Shown here piece by piece: positions 29,426 to 40,006 of a stretch of DNA of 64,000 nt. Made by a program: the position numbers and the translations under genes. The DNA is from an uncultured Armatimonadetes bacterium (GTDB lineage: Bacteria > Armatimonadota > Hebobacteria > Hebobacterales > Hebobacteraceae): contig OY970296.1 in assembly GCA_963716175.1 (NCBI GenBank), positions 1,280,001 to 1,344,000 of the forward strand. Reading direction: 5' to 3'. Positions within the stretch are counted from its first letter, which is position 1. Each line of letters starts with the position of its first letter. Below the pieces are notes generated by a model. It searched no databases. It was not told the origin of the DNA and saw only the letters and a list, made by a program, of their open reading frames with translations.

Positions 29426-30042
29426 GCCGGCCGCAGCGCGTCGTGGTGGCCAGCCGCAACCGCGCCAAGGCTGCGGAGATCGCTCAGATTCTGGCCGACG
29501 CGGGGTTGGGCCTGGAGGTGGTGAGCCTCGCGGACTTCCCTCACGTCATGCTGCCCGCTGAGACGGACGCCAGCTTCGCCGCCAATGCCGCCGCCAAGGC
29601 CCGGCAGGCCGCGGACGCCACTGGCCTGCCCGCCATTGCCGATGACTCCGGGCTGGAAGTGGACGCGCTCGGCGGGGAGCCGGGCGTGCGCTCCGCCCGC
29701 TACGCCGGGGAAGGGGCGAGCGATGAGGCGCGCTATCGCAAGGTGTTGGCCTTGCTGGCCGGGGTGCCGGACGAACAGCGGGGAGCGCGATTCCGCTGCG
29801 CCGCGGCCTATGCCGAGCCCGACGGTGAGGTGATGCTGGCCGAAGGGACTTGCCCGGGCCGGATCGCGCGGGAGCCGGCCGGGTCGGGGGGATTCGGCTA
29901 TGATCCCATCTTCATCCCAGAGGGCTACCAGATCACCATGGCCCAGCTCACCCCGGCCCAGAAGCACGCGATCAGCCACCGGGGCCGCGCCTTCCGGCTG
30001 CTGGCGAAGGTGTTGCGGGGCCGCCCAAGCGCCGCGGATTGA
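29422..30042 (+). CDS. rdgB: dITP/XTP pyrophosphatase (RdgB/Ham1)
   Basis: [18 protein letters not shown] and K..ISHR; follows rph. Confidence 0.95.
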   Translation: MSRPQRVVVASRNRAKAAEIAQILADAGLGLEVVSLADFPHVMLPAETDASFAANAAAKARQAADATGLPAIADDSGLEVDALGGEPGVRSARYAGEGASDEARYRKVLALLAGVPDEQRGARFRCAAAYAEPDGEVMLAEGTCPGRIAREPAGSGGFGYDPIFIPEGYQITMAQLTPAQKHAISHRGRAFRLLAKVLRGRPSAAD

Positions 30043-30068
30043 CGCCTGGTGTGGCCCGCGAGTATACT
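30039..30068 (+). promoter_or_regulatory. tRNA promoter
   Basis: TTGACG-18nt-TATACT. Confidence 0.6.
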
Positions 30069-30078
30069 CGCGGGCAGC

Positions 30079-30104
30079 GGGCGACCGCAGGGGGTCGCCC
30101 CTAC
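30079..30104 (-). repeat. GTAG-type REP palindrome
   Basis: GTAG-GGGCGACC-CCCTGC-GGTCGCCC on the minus strand. Confidence 0.65.
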
Positions 30105-30123
30105 GAGCGAATGTCGGCATCAT

Positions 30124-30197
30124 CGGGGCGTAGCGCAGCTTGGTAGCGCGCCTGCCTTGGGCGCAGGAGGTCGCGTGTTCAAATCACGCCGCCCCGA
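30124..30197 (+). tRNA. tRNA-Pro (anticodon TGG)
   Basis: Acceptor CGGGGCG/CGCCCCG, D arm GCGC/GCGC, anticodon stem CCTGC/GCAGG with loop CTTGGGC, TTCAAAT T-loop; followed by CTA, so CCA is not encoded. Confidence 0.95.
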
Positions 30198-30580
30198 CTA
30201 GTGCCAGCAGCTCCCCACCTGCTGACGGCGGTGCCACCGAGAGGTCCCATGGCCAAGAGGAGGGCCGCCGGGCTGCTCTGTCGGCGAAGAGGCCCACAGC
30301 AGGGCCTCAGGCAGCAGGAACCAAGCCCTGTTTCCGGGAAACGCTGTGTCGTGGGCGCCTCCTCTCTGAGTTACCCCTAGGCAATCCCGCTTTCGCGCGT
30401 CTCCGTGGCCCGCACCCATAGCACCCCACCATCGAGGTGGGTCACAGAGACGGGCCGGCTGCTTCGGGCACCGGCCCGGCGGCGAGCCGCGGGCTGGGCA
30501 AGATGGGAGGATGTGAGGGCATGACGAGGACTGCGTTGCAGGAGTCGGCAGGAAGTGGCAAGGCCGGTAGGACGGGTAGG

Positions 30581-31387
30581 ATGGCGACTGTGCAGTCGGC
30601 CGCGCGAACGGTCGGCATCATCAAGGCGCTGCTGCACTCTCCCAAGGGGGCGAGCCTGACCGAGCTGAGTGACGGCCTCTCGCTGCACAAGACGACTGTG
30701 CTGCGCTTGCTGCGGACACTGGAGGCGGAAGCCGTGCTCGAGCGAGACCGCGACTCGGGGCGCTACCGGCCGACCTCTCGATTCTGGCTCACCATCGCGA
30801 TGGCGTTCGGCGACGTGCAATCCATCAAGGACGGTGTCCGGGAGCTGCTGGCAGGGCTGGCGGAGAGGACGGGAGCAACCGCAGTGCTGGCGCTCCCGGA
30901 TGAGGACCAACGGAGAATGGTAGTGGTGATGTACGCGCTGGCCAGTCAGCCGCTGCTGGTGGATCCGGGGCGAGTGCGAGTGGGGCCCATGCACGCGGCC
31001 TCCGGGGGCAAGTGCTATCTCGCCAGCCTCCCCGAAGCCGAGCTGCAGGCATGGGTGAGGTGTGGCCTGCCCAAGGTGACGCGTAACACCACCACCTCGC
31101 GCCAGAAGCTGCTGCAGGAGATTGGCGCGGTGCGCCGGCGAGGATATGCCTTCAGCCGCGAGGAGCTGGTTCCGGGCTGCTCCGGTTTGGCAGTGTCGCT
31201 GCGGGACGACCGGAGCCAGGTGATCGGATCGCTGGAACTGGTGGTGCCAGCGCCCCGGCTGACACAGAGGAATGTGCAGCGCTGGCTGCCGGCGCTGCGA
31301 GAGACCGCGGAGAGGCTCTCCGCTCTGGTGCGCCACGCTTCGCTGGGACGAGACGAGGGCGCCCAGGGTAGCGCTCCGATGCTCTGA
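30581..31387 (+). CDS. IclR family transcriptional regulator
   Basis: VQS..R...I; HTH LTELS..L.LHKTTV.RLL.TL; HA.SGGK..LA; VRRRGYA...EE. Confidence 0.92.
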   Translation: MATVQSAARTVGIIKALLHSPKGASLTELSDGLSLHKTTVLRLLRTLEAEAVLERDRDSGRYRPTSRFWLTIAMAFGDVQSIKDGVRELLAGLAERTGATAVLALPDEDQRRMVVVMYALASQPLLVDPGRVRVGPMHAASGGKCYLASLPEAELQAWVRCGLPKVTRNTTTSRQKLLQEIGAVRRRGYAFSREELVPGCSGLAVSLRDDRSQVIGSLELVVPAPRLTQRNVQRWLPALRETAERLSALVRHASLGRDEGAQGSAPML

Positions 31388-31859
31388 CACGACCGGGTAT
31401 CGGGCGGGACCGAAGCCGACCCGGCCCACCCAAGATAGGGCTCTGTAGCTCTTATAATGTGTTCTGGCGAATCCACCCCCTCCCCCTCTTGCACATAGCG
31501 GAATGGGGTTGCATTTTCGCCCCCACCTGTGGTATCATAGGCGAACAGGCGACGTGCAGGTGGGGTGAGCGCGGTGAGACTCACTCCTCTGCTGTCGGTT
31601 TCCGGCCCCGGCAGCGCGTTTCGTGCTCCGTATCCCCCTCACGTTGAGCACACGCCGGGGCCGGATTTCTAATCTCCTTGTTGCACACCCGTGGTTTGCC
31701 TCTTCCCGCCCTCAGACAGCCGGTGTCGGTGACAAGGGCGGATCTCGGCCGCGCTGCCTGCTCTCCCCCAGCAGCCATCACGTCGCGACTGGGCGGCGGG
31801 CTGTGGCAATTCCCCTGAGAGGGCCCGATCAAAACTAGCTCCAGGTGGAGGCAGTTGCG

Positions 31860-32135
31860 ATGTGGACAGCGGGAAGCGCTTGGCTTGCGGCGCTGGTGGC
31901 GGGCGTCATCGTCGGCGTCGTCATTCACTACTTGATCGCGGCGCGTCGCCGAAGCCCGTGGTGGACTTCGGCACTGGCCGGCCTGGTGGGGGCTGTGCTG
32001 GGCCGGATGCTGCTGAGCTTCTCCTTCCTAGCCTGGCATCCTCACTTTCTGGGCGCCGTCCTGGGGGCACTGGTGCTGTCTCTGATCTGGGCGCTCACCA
32101 GGCCTCTCGCACAGGCAGCGCCGCCGGCTAGCTGA
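31860..32135 (+). CDS. Small membrane protein (GlsB/YeaQ/YmgE-like)
   Basis: GGAGG RBS; three Gly-rich TM helices (G.IVG, G.VGA.LG, AVLGA). Confidence 0.65.
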   Translation: MWTAGSAWLAALVAGVIVGVVIHYLIAARRRSPWWTSALAGLVGAVLGRMLLSFSFLAWHPHFLGAVLGALVLSLIWALTRPLAQAAPPAS

Positions 32136-32625
32136 GGGCGCGACGGCAGAGACGCCCGACAGACCCCAGGCAGCTTCTCAGGCTGGCCGAGAGGCGAAGT
32201 GGACGCGCCTTATGCCTGGCCGCCTCTGGGCGCCTGTAGGCCCTCTTTTCGCGGTTTCCGGCAAGAGTGACGCGGGCGGTTGTGAGGGTCTTCCCCCGCA
32301 TTCCCTTCCCGCGGGCGCAAGATTTCGCGGGAGGGCCATGTCCATTCTGTGGAAAGACTCCTGACAGAGCAGTGGCCGAGTCAGGGGCCATGACGGGCTC
32401 CTGGCCGGCAGCGATGGACTTGGACGCACAGGCAGAGCCCGGTTCCCCACTGAGTCCACCACGCAGGAAGCTAGCTTCCGGGGGGGCGTCCAGGCGCACG
32501 GGACGACGGAGCATTCTTGCCGTCCCCAGCAGAACATGCCGTCAGGCTGGATCAAAGCCAACGCGGCTGCGCTGAGCCGCGGTGGTGGGAGCTTTGCCAC
32601 GGCCTTTCAGGGGGAACGACTGGCC

Positions 32626-33792
32626 ATGTACTCGCGTACGCGCCGGGGTGGCTTCAGCCTCACCGAGTGCCTCGTCACGGCCTTGCTCCTGGGGATCGGC
32701 GTGGTGGGTGTGGCCAGCATGTTCGTCTACGCCACTGGCTCAGAGCGGAAGGCGCTTTACACCGCACAGGCGCGAACCATCGCTGAGCAGACTCTGGAGA
32801 ACGTCCGCGCCCAGGGCTACGGAGTGTTCACGCAGCCCTCGGGCAGCGCCACCATCCCGACCCTGGGGCTGCCCCGGGCGACGGGGACGCTGGCCTGGCA
32901 GCCCTATCCCGATAGCGGCTCGGAGCAGGGCCTGAAGCTGGTGGCCGTGAATGTGAGCTGGCGCTGGGGGGGTCCCAGCAGTGGTCAGTACCGACTGGTG
33001 ACTCTGATGTCAAGGCCGGAGGGGGGTAGAGCGATGCGCGCTGCGAGAGGGATAGACCGCGTGCGGGGCACCGCGCTCTGTGAGTGGATCATGGCCATGT
33101 TCATCAGCGGCCTCCTGTTCTCCGTGCTGCCGGGATTCTACTTCGGATACATCAAGGTTTGGGGGCGAGAGGCCAGCAGGCTAGGAGGGGCGGAACGGGC
33201 TGACCTGGTGCTGCAGCGGATGCAGGAAGAGATCCGCAATGCCCGCGGGGCCACCGTTTCCTCAGACGGGACCGCTTTGGGGATAGTGCTGCCCAAGCAG
33301 CACTACGATGCGACCGTGGGCCGCCCAGTGAACGATATAGACGCCTCCGGTCAGTTGGTGGACGGAGACCAGGTGCATTACTACTTCCTGGCCGACCCCG
33401 CCGGCACGGGCGCGGATTCCGGCGGGTTCCTCCGCCGGGTGCAGCGAGCAGATGGCTCCTGGCTCTCACCCCGGCTGATCACCGACGAGATCCATCCGGA
33501 ACTCAACCCACTGGCGCCCGGCGGGAGCAGCCCGCGACCCATCTTCGCCTACGACCCGACGCTGCGGATGGTCACGATCACGGTGAGTGCGGCCGAGGCC
33601 AAGCCCTCTGCCGGGAGCTTCGCGCCCACGGCCCAGCAGCCCAGGTGCTCGCGAGACGGCGGAACCCTGATCCGGGTCGCCACCGGCTCCCACCCGGAGG
33701 GAGAGATCCGGTGCAGCCGGTGTGGGACCCAGGTCCGGCCCAATGTGGAGATAATGACCTATCAGACCCAACTCCTGCTCCGGAACAAGTAG
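32626..33792 (+). CDS. In-frame fusion of two type IV minor pilin-like proteins (PilV-like, then PilW-like from internal ATG 33034)
   Basis: Prepilin motif RRGG|FSLTE; second degenerate motif RG|TALCE after internal GGAGG and ATG; C-terminal CSRD...CSRC zinc-ribbon-like pair. Confidence 0.7.
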   Translation: MYSRTRRGGFSLTECLVTALLLGIGVVGVASMFVYATGSERKALYTAQARTIAEQTLENVRAQGYGVFTQPSGSATIPTLGLPRATGTLAWQPYPDSGSEQGLKLVAVNVSWRWGGPSSGQYRLVTLMSRPEGGRAMRAARGIDRVRGTALCEWIMAMFISGLLFSVLPGFYFGYIKVWGREASRLGGAERADLVLQRMQEEIRNARGATVSSDGTALGIVLPKQHYDATVGRPVNDIDASGQLVDGDQVHYYFLADPAGTGADSGGFLRRVQRADGSWLSPRLITDEIHPELNPLAPGGSSPRPIFAYDPTLRMVTITVSAAEAKPSAGSFAPTAQQPRCSRDGGTLIRVATGSHPEGEIRCSRCGTQVRPNVEIMTYQTQLLLRNK

Positions 33793-33826
33793 CATCCTCA
33801 GCCAGGCCGGAGGGAGGCAAGAGCAA

Positions 33827-35014
33827 ATGAGAGACTGGTCCAGAGCTAAGCCGGGAGAGCAGGGAACGGTATTCCTGGTGGCGATGGTCATCCTCACCGT
33901 CCTGCTCTTCCTGGGTGCATGCCTGATCGAGCGGGCGGAGAACGGCCTGCACAGGGCCACGGTTGACAACTTCTCGGCCCGATCATTCCATCTCGCCGAG
34001 GCGGGTATCCATAGGGGCTTGTGGTCGCTGAACCAGCCCAATGGATGGTTCACCTATGCCGGGGATGCGCGCACCCTGCTGGGCGGCGGCTACTATGAGG
34101 TTAGCGTCATCCCGCCGCCCGCGCAGCGGGGGTTCTTCACGGAGCGACTCACCTTGCTGGGCACCGGCTATCTGCCAGGTGCAGCCGGCGCCCCGCGGTT
34201 CCCCATCAGGATCCAGGTGATCGCCCACAAAGATCCCCGCTACTTCGCCTATGCCGTCTTCGGCTCGCAGAAGGTGACGATTGGCAATGGGACTGTAACC
34301 GTCTCGGCTGACAGCTACACCACAGACAAGGGCGGATACGGAGGCGCCAATGTCGCTGAGCATGCTGATGTGGGCACCAATTCCACTGCGGCTGGCGCCA
34401 TAGAAATCCTGCCCAAGGGGGAGGTCCACGGCAATATCACCGTGGGCGCGGGGGTGCCAGCGCCCTCTGCGTGCGTCTCCAACCGGGGCCTCATCACAGG
34501 CAGCATCTCGGCGGCAACGGCACCCAATGCTCTGCCCAATGTCACCTCCTATCCCCCGGGCGCGATCGAACTCGGCGATGTCTGGCTGGATGCAACCCAA
34601 GAGCTGGTGCTGAATGAAGGCGTGTACCACATGACCGACCTGGACATGTTCGGGAGCTCCAAGATCACGTGCAATGGGAAAGTGGTAATATACGTAGATG
34701 AGTCTGGCGATCGCGACAGCCCCGAGATCCGCATCGGGGGCAACGGCTTTGTCAACACCTCTGGTGTGCCCTCCAACCTCGCGCTCTACTGCCTTCAGGA
34801 CGTCGTGGACATTAGCATCAGCGGCAACGGCAACTTCTGCGGCAGCATCTATGCTCCCCAGGCCGCCATCAAGCTCAACTCAGGCCAGGTGTATGGGTCA
34901 CTGGTGGGCAATACCGTTACCCTCAACGGCGCCACCGCGAGCGTGCACTATGATGAGGCGCTGCGCGACCACTCCGTTCCGCAGGCGACCATCCGCTCCT
35001 GGCAGGAGCTGTAG
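33827..35014 (+). CDS. PilX-like minor pilin with C-terminal beta-helix domain
   Basis: EQG|TVFLVAM N-terminus; F.LAEAG; G.IYAP.A...G...G and HYDEAL motifs; ends SWQEL. Confidence 0.75.
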   Translation: MRDWSRAKPGEQGTVFLVAMVILTVLLFLGACLIERAENGLHRATVDNFSARSFHLAEAGIHRGLWSLNQPNGWFTYAGDARTLLGGGYYEVSVIPPPAQRGFFTERLTLLGTGYLPGAAGAPRFPIRIQVIAHKDPRYFAYAVFGSQKVTIGNGTVTVSADSYTTDKGGYGGANVAEHADVGTNSTAAGAIEILPKGEVHGNITVGAGVPAPSACVSNRGLITGSISAATAPNALPNVTSYPPGAIELGDVWLDATQELVLNEGVYHMTDLDMFGSSKITCNGKVVIYVDESGDRDSPEIRIGGNGFVNTSGVPSNLALYCLQDVVDISISGNGNFCGSIYAPQAAIKLNSGQVYGSLVGNTVTLNGATASVHYDEALRDHSVPQATIRSWQEL

Positions 35015-35096
35015 CCGCGACAGTGCATCAGGCGTGAAGGCGATATGATCGTCAGGGCAGGGCCCAAAGAGGCCCTGCCCTGATCGCGTATGAACC

Positions 35097-36440
35097 TCAC
35101 CGGAGTGTGAGTGTCCCGTACTGGGCCGCGGTGGCCCAGATGGCGTAGGCGTTCAGGGCCAGCATGAGCAGGGAGATAAGAGTAAGGCCGAGCCTGGCCC
35201 AGCGCGCGTCGCCGAACAGCGCACTCAGGCCGCGGGCGGAGGCCAGGCCCAGCAAGGGCAGCACGCAGACCAGATAGCGTCCGCCGCTGGTGCCCATGCG
35301 CCAGTCCACTGTCAGCACGTTGCGGACGAGCCCGAGCAGCACCACCAGCGCGGTGAAGAGCCAGAGCAGGAGGGACCAAGATTCAGCGCCGGATATCGCC
35401 TCTCTGCTCCGGTGCAGGAAGGCGACGGCGAGCCCCGCGGCTGAGAGCAGGGCCAGGGCCAGCAGGAAGCGGGTGATCGCCGGGAGGTCGGCGTGGGCAC
35501 CGATGACATCGGCGGGCACGAAGGTGAACAGGAAGATCAGCCTGGGCAGCGCGCCCAGCAGCGCGGCCCGCGGGGCCTCCGGCAGGCCCCGCAAAGGGTA
35601 GAGATAGGGATAGACGAGAGGCGAGCCGTAGATCCACCACTTGCGCAGAAACCACCAGCCGGAGAGGGCGAAGGTGAGCAGGAGCGCAACGCCGATCCAC
35701 TGCAGCGCCTGCCCGAGCGACCTGGGGCTGGCCTCCAGGGCCAGCGCCAGCAGTGACACCACCACCAGGGCCAGCGCGGTCTCCTTGACATTGAGGGCCA
35801 CTCCCAGGAGCAGCCCCAGCACCGCCCAGTCCCGCCAGGTGACGCGAAAGGTCACCATGCGCGCCCACTGCCAGGCGGTGGCGGCGAACATGAGGATGAG
35901 CAGGGAATCGTTGTTGATCACCCCGGTGATGTAGGTGAACATGGGGGTGAAGGCGGTGAGGGCCACGCCGCCGAGCCAGAGCTGGGGGCGGCCGGGGAAG
36001 ACCATGCGCGCCGTCCACCACACGAAAAGCAGGGCGGCGGCGCCGAAGATCACCGAGAGCAGACGCACCGGCCGCACTGCCCCCGGCACCTGGAAGCTCT
36101 GTCGGGCTCCCTCCTGGTCCAGGAAGGTGACGGTCTGCTGGGGGAGGTGGGCGAAGGCGCGCCAGACCAGGGCGGCCAGGGCGTAGTAGAGCGGCGGCTG
36201 GTGCGCTTCATGCGTGCGGGCCGCGCCGGGCCGGTACACGTCGTCTTCCTCCCCGTGGGTGAGCGCAGGGAGCCGGCCATCGAGGGCGAGCGACTCGACG
36301 TAGATGATGTGTCCCGGCTCATCCGGGCCCCACTGCAGGCGGGTGGCGAAGGACTGGAGGGTAGCCAGCAGGCAGTAGCCGACGAGAATCGCGATCAGAC
36401 CAACGTGGGCGAGCCGGTAGCTGGGGTAGCTGGCAGTCAC
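35097..36440 (-). CDS. GT39/ArnT-like membrane glycosyltransferase
   Basis: PDEPGH, HQPPLYY, NND and GRYL motifs; many TM helices. Confidence 0.8.
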   Translation of the reverse strand: MTASYPSYRLAHVGLIAILVGYCLLATLQSFATRLQWGPDEPGHIIYVESLALDGRLPALTHGEEDDVYRPGAARTHEAHQPPLYYALAALVWRAFAHLPQQTVTFLDQEGARQSFQVPGAVRPVRLLSVIFGAAALLFVWWTARMVFPGRPQLWLGGVALTAFTPMFTYITGVINNDSLLILMFAATAWQWARMVTFRVTWRDWAVLGLLLGVALNVKETALALVVVSLLALALEASPRSLGQALQWIGVALLLTFALSGWWFLRKWWIYGSPLVYPYLYPLRGLPEAPRAALLGALPRLIFLFTFVPADVIGAHADLPAITRFLLALALLSAAGLAVAFLHRSREAISGAESWSLLLWLFTALVVLLGLVRNVLTVDWRMGTSGGRYLVCVLPLLGLASARGLSALFGDARWARLGLTLISLLMLALNAYAIWATAAQYGTLTLR

Positions 36441-36525
36441 AGCGCGGCCATTCTCGCGGGCTGACGGGGATTCCTCCCAGCAGAGACCGGCAGGGCTGCT
36501 GCGCGGGCTGCCGAAAGACAAGACC

Positions 36526-37149
36526 ATGCCTCTGGTGCATGTCTTCGATCTGGGAAACGTGCTGGTAGCCTTCCATGAGCGGTTAGTATACCAGCGGCTG
36601 CGGCAGCGCTGCCGGCCGGGTGCGAGGGTGGAGGCCGTGTTCGACGCGCACCTGGGGGCGGCCGGGGTTGACATCGGCGGCGATTTCGACCGCTTGCACC
36701 CGCTGCTGGTGCGAGACCTGGGCCTGAGCATGACCCTGGAGGAGCTGCGGCTGGCCTGGAACGACATCTTCTCTCCCATGCCGGAGATGCTGGAGGTGGT
36801 GCGGGAGAGCCCGCGCCCCCGCTACCTGCTCTCGACGACCAATGCTCCCCACGTCGTGTGGCTGCGCCAGCATTTCAGTTATGTCTTCGAGCTGTTCGAC
36901 CACTGCTTCCTCACCTGCGAGATCGGGCTGCGGAAGCCGGACCCGGCCCTTTTCCGGCACGTGGAATCCGTCACCGGCCAGCCGCCGGAGCGACACCTCC
37001 TGATAGATGATATGCCCCAGAACGTGGCGGGCGCTCGCGCCGCGGGCTGGCAGGCGATCCGATTCGTGGGCGTGGAGGACTGCCGACAGCGACTGGCCGC
37101 GCTGGCCGCCGGCCACAGGGAGGGAAGTGCTCGCCTGCCGGTGAAGTGA
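36526..37149 (+). CDS. HAD-superfamily phosphatase (YihX-like)
   Basis: FDLGNV, LSTTN, RKP.P and IDD...NV motifs. Confidence 0.9.
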   Translation: MPLVHVFDLGNVLVAFHERLVYQRLRQRCRPGARVEAVFDAHLGAAGVDIGGDFDRLHPLLVRDLGLSMTLEELRLAWNDIFSPMPEMLEVVRESPRPRYLLSTTNAPHVVWLRQHFSYVFELFDHCFLTCEIGLRKPDPALFRHVESVTGQPPERHLLIDDMPQNVAGARAAGWQAIRFVGVEDCRQRLAALAAGHREGSARLPVK

Positions 37150-37352
37150 GACGCGCCTCTTCGGCAGGTCGTCCGTCGCTGCGCTCGTGGCAAAGCCACG
37201 TCACCATGGGGGGAGGACCCTGCGAGGCGGGATGGGAAACCGACCAGACCTAGCCTCTGGAGTGACACCCGGGAGCGGCCGGTACTTGCCAGGCAGGCAG
37301 CGGCCGTACTAACATAGGAGAGACGAGCAAGGAATTGGTATGGAGGTGCGAG

Positions 37353-38252
37353 ATGGCTGAAGGGGCTAGCGAGATGCGTTCCACCTGGCGCAATAAGGTT
37401 GGCCTCGCCGAGATGCTCAAAGGCGGGGTGATCATGGATGTCACCACCGCGGAGCAGGCCAAGATCGCGGAGGAGGCGGGCGCGGTGGCGGTGATGGCGC
37501 TGGAGCGGGTGCCTGCCGACATTCGCGCCCAGGGCGGGGTAGCGCGCATGGCCGATCCCGTGAAGGTCAAGGAGATCATGGCCGCGGTCACCATCCCGGC
37601 GATGGCCAAGGCGCGCATCGGCCACTTCGCGGAGGCCCAGGTGCTGGAGGCGCTGGGCGTGGATTTCGTGGACGAGAGCGAGGTGCTGACTCCCGCGGAC
37701 GAGCAGTTCCACATTGACAAGCACCTGTTCAGGGTGCCCTTCGTGTGCGGCTGCCGGAACCTCGGGGAGGCGCTGCGGCGGATCGGGGAAGGGGCCGCGA
37801 TGATCCGGACCAAGGGGGAGGCCGGGAGCGGCAACATTGTGGAGGCGGTGCGCCACATGCGCATGGTGCAATCCGAGATCCGCCGTCTCACCACGCTGCG
37901 CTCGGATGAGCTGATGACTGCGGCAAAGGAGCTGGGCGCGCCCTATGAGCTGGTGTGCGAGGTGGCGCGCTTGGGCAAGCTGCCGGTGCCGAACTTCGCC
38001 GCCGGCGGCATCGCCACCCCGGCCGACGCCTCTCTGGTGATGCAGTTGGGGGCAGAGGCCGTCTTCGTGGGCTCGGGGATCTTCAAGTCGAACGACCCGG
38101 CGGCGCGGGCGAAGGCGATCGTGGAGGCCACCACCTACTACGACAAGCCGGAGGTGGTGGCCCGGGTTTCGGCCGGGATCGGGGAGGCCATGCCGGGGTT
38201 GGATATAGCCAAGCTGGATGAGAAGGAGCTGCTCCAGACGCGAGGTTGGTGA
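37353..38252 (+). CDS. pdxS: Pyridoxal 5'-phosphate synthase, lyase subunit
   Basis: [23 protein letters not shown] and IRTKGEAG.G. Confidence 0.98.
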   Translation: MAEGASEMRSTWRNKVGLAEMLKGGVIMDVTTAEQAKIAEEAGAVAVMALERVPADIRAQGGVARMADPVKVKEIMAAVTIPAMAKARIGHFAEAQVLEALGVDFVDESEVLTPADEQFHIDKHLFRVPFVCGCRNLGEALRRIGEGAAMIRTKGEAGSGNIVEAVRHMRMVQSEIRRLTTLRSDELMTAAKELGAPYELVCEVARLGKLPVPNFAAGGIATPADASLVMQLGAEAVFVGSGIFKSNDPAARAKAIVEATTYYDKPEVVARVSAGIGEAMPGLDIAKLDEKELLQTRGW

Positions 38253-38359
38253 GCGCAATCGGGACGAACATGCCCCTGCCACCGAGGGGCCGCGAAATCG
38301 CCGGCGGGCATGCCCGCCTTTGATGGCTTCTGACAAGCATGGCAGACCGGAGGAACGAC

Positions 38360-38545
38360 ATGGTCGGAAGAGGCATTGCAGTCGCTGGCATCTGGGTTGG
38401 AGTGGGGATCGCGATCGGGCTGACCGGCGCCGCGCACCCCAATCTGCCGGGTTGGGTCTACAAATGGCTGCTGGTGAGCGCGGTGCTGGTGACCTGGCCC
38501 ATCGTGTTGCCGCTGATGGGGCCGTGGTCGTGGGGGAAGGATTAG
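38360..38545 (+). CDS. Small two-TM membrane protein (61 aa)
   Basis: GGAGG RBS plus ATG; two hydrophobic helices. Confidence 0.6.
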   Translation: MVGRGIAVAGIWVGVGIAIGLTGAAHPNLPGWVYKWLLVSAVLVTWPIVLPLMGPWSWGKD

Positions 38546-38618
38546 GCAACGGCCCCACCCCTGCTGCGCAGGGGTAGGCCACAAGAGTGGGGTCGCAAGG
38601 GAAGGGTTGAAGTAGGAG

Positions 38619-39197
38619 GTGGCATTGAAGATAGGAGTGCTGGCCCTGCAGGGGGCGTATCGGGAGCATCTGCAGACACTGCGCAGACTCGGGGTGGAGG
38701 CGATGGGGGTGCGGACGCCGGAGGAGGTGGCGGCCTCGCAGGCGCTGATCATACCCGGGGGGGAGAGCACCACCATCGGGAAGCTGATGGTGCGCTACCG
38801 CCTGCTGGAGCCGATTCAGGCGCACGCGCGATCAGGGAGGCCTCTGCTGGGCACCTGCGCGGGCATGATCCTGATGGCAAAGCGGATCGAGGCGGCGGCC
38901 CAGGATCAGCCCCGGCTGGGGGTGATGGACATCACCGTGGCGCGGAACGCCTTCGGGCGCCAGGTGGACAGTTTCGAGGCCGACCTGGCTTTTGACGGGG
39001 TCAACAGCGGGCCGGTGCGGGCGGTGTTCATCCGGGCGCCGGTGATCCGGGCGGTGGGCGAGGGGGTACAGGTGCTGGCAGCCCACGAGGGGAAGATCGT
39101 GGCGGCGCGGCAGGGAAATCTGCTGGCCCTGGCTTTCCACCCGGAGCTGACCGAAGACGCGAGGATACATCGGTACTTTCTCTCGCTGGTGGGGTAG
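38619..39197 (+). CDS. pdxT: Pyridoxal 5'-phosphate synthase, glutaminase subunit
   Basis: GVLALQG, PGGEST, GTCAG and FHPELT. Confidence 0.98.
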   Translation: MALKIGVLALQGAYREHLQTLRRLGVEAMGVRTPEEVAASQALIIPGGESTTIGKLMVRYRLLEPIQAHARSGRPLLGTCAGMILMAKRIEAAAQDQPRLGVMDITVARNAFGRQVDSFEADLAFDGVNSGPVRAVFIRAPVIRAVGEGVQVLAAHEGKIVAARQGNLLALAFHPELTEDARIHRYFLSLVG

Positions 39198-39238
39198 GCC
39201 GAGGGGCCGGGGCTGCCGATGACGGCGGGAGCCTGAGA

Positions 39239-40006
39239 ATGGTCGCATCTGTGGGCCGGCAAGTGATGGCAGCTCTGGCCTTCGTAGGTGACCAGGTGCT
39301 GCTGTTGGGCAGCACCGCGGGCTATCTGGCGCGGGGCCGGCTCGGGCTGGGGCGAGCGTTCCAGCAGATGGCCGTCGCCGGTACCGACTCCTTGCCCATC
39401 GTGTGCATCACCATGCTGTTTGTGGGGATGGCCTGGGGCTGGAACACGGCCGGCTACATGGTGCGCTTCGGGGCGGTGGGCTATTTCGGGGGCAGCACCG
39501 CGGTGGCGATTGCACGAGAGCTGGGGCCGGCGCTGTGCGGAGTGGTGGTGGCGGCGCGGGTAGGATCGGCGTTCGCGGCCGAGCTGGGGACGATGACGGT
39601 GACCGAGCAGGTGGATGCGCTGCGGGCGCTGGCGGTGGACCCCGTCTACTACCTGGTAGTGCCCAGGGTGGTGGCCTGCGTGATCATGCTGCCACTGCTG
39701 ACGGTGGTGGCGGACGCGGCCGGGATCCTGGGCGCCTACGCCATCTCCACCGGGGTGGGCATCAGCTCCGGCGAGTACACCAGCTCCATGCAGCAGTGGC
39801 TGACCCCGACCAACCTCTACGGCGGTGTCGCCAAGGGGTTCTTCTTCGGGCTGATCATCGCGCTGGTCGGCTGCCGGCAGGGGTTGCGCGCCGGCGGGGG
39901 CGCGGCCGGGGTGGGGCGCGCCACCATCAGCGCGGTGGTGCTGAGCATCGTGCTGATCTACGGCGCCAACCTGCTGCTCACCATGCTGTTCTTCCGCGGA
40001 TCGTGA
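39239..40006 (+). CDS. mlaE: MlaE family ABC permease
   Basis: RELGP, RVGSA.AAELGTM.VTEQ.DAL and GVG.AT. Confidence 0.93.
   Translation: MVASVGRQVMAALAFVGDQVLLLGSTAGYLARGRLGLGRAFQQMAVAGTDSLPIVCITMLFVGMAWGWNTAGYMVRFGAVGYFGGSTAVAIARELGPALCGVVVAARVGSAFAAELGTMTVTEQVDALRALAVDPVYYLVVPRVVACVIMLPLLTVVADAAGILGAYAISTGVGISSGEYTSSMQQWLTPTNLYGGVAKGFFFGLIIALVGCRQGLRAGGGAAGVGRATISAVVLSIVLIYGANLLLTMLFFRGS

Noticed and set aside
32136-32625. c-di-GMP riboswitch upstream of the minor pilins
   Set aside because: Hairpins are present but the class I and class II consensus elements could not be matched
30124-36440. Genomic island integrated at tRNA-Pro
   Set aside because: No integrase and no duplicated tRNA 3' end found
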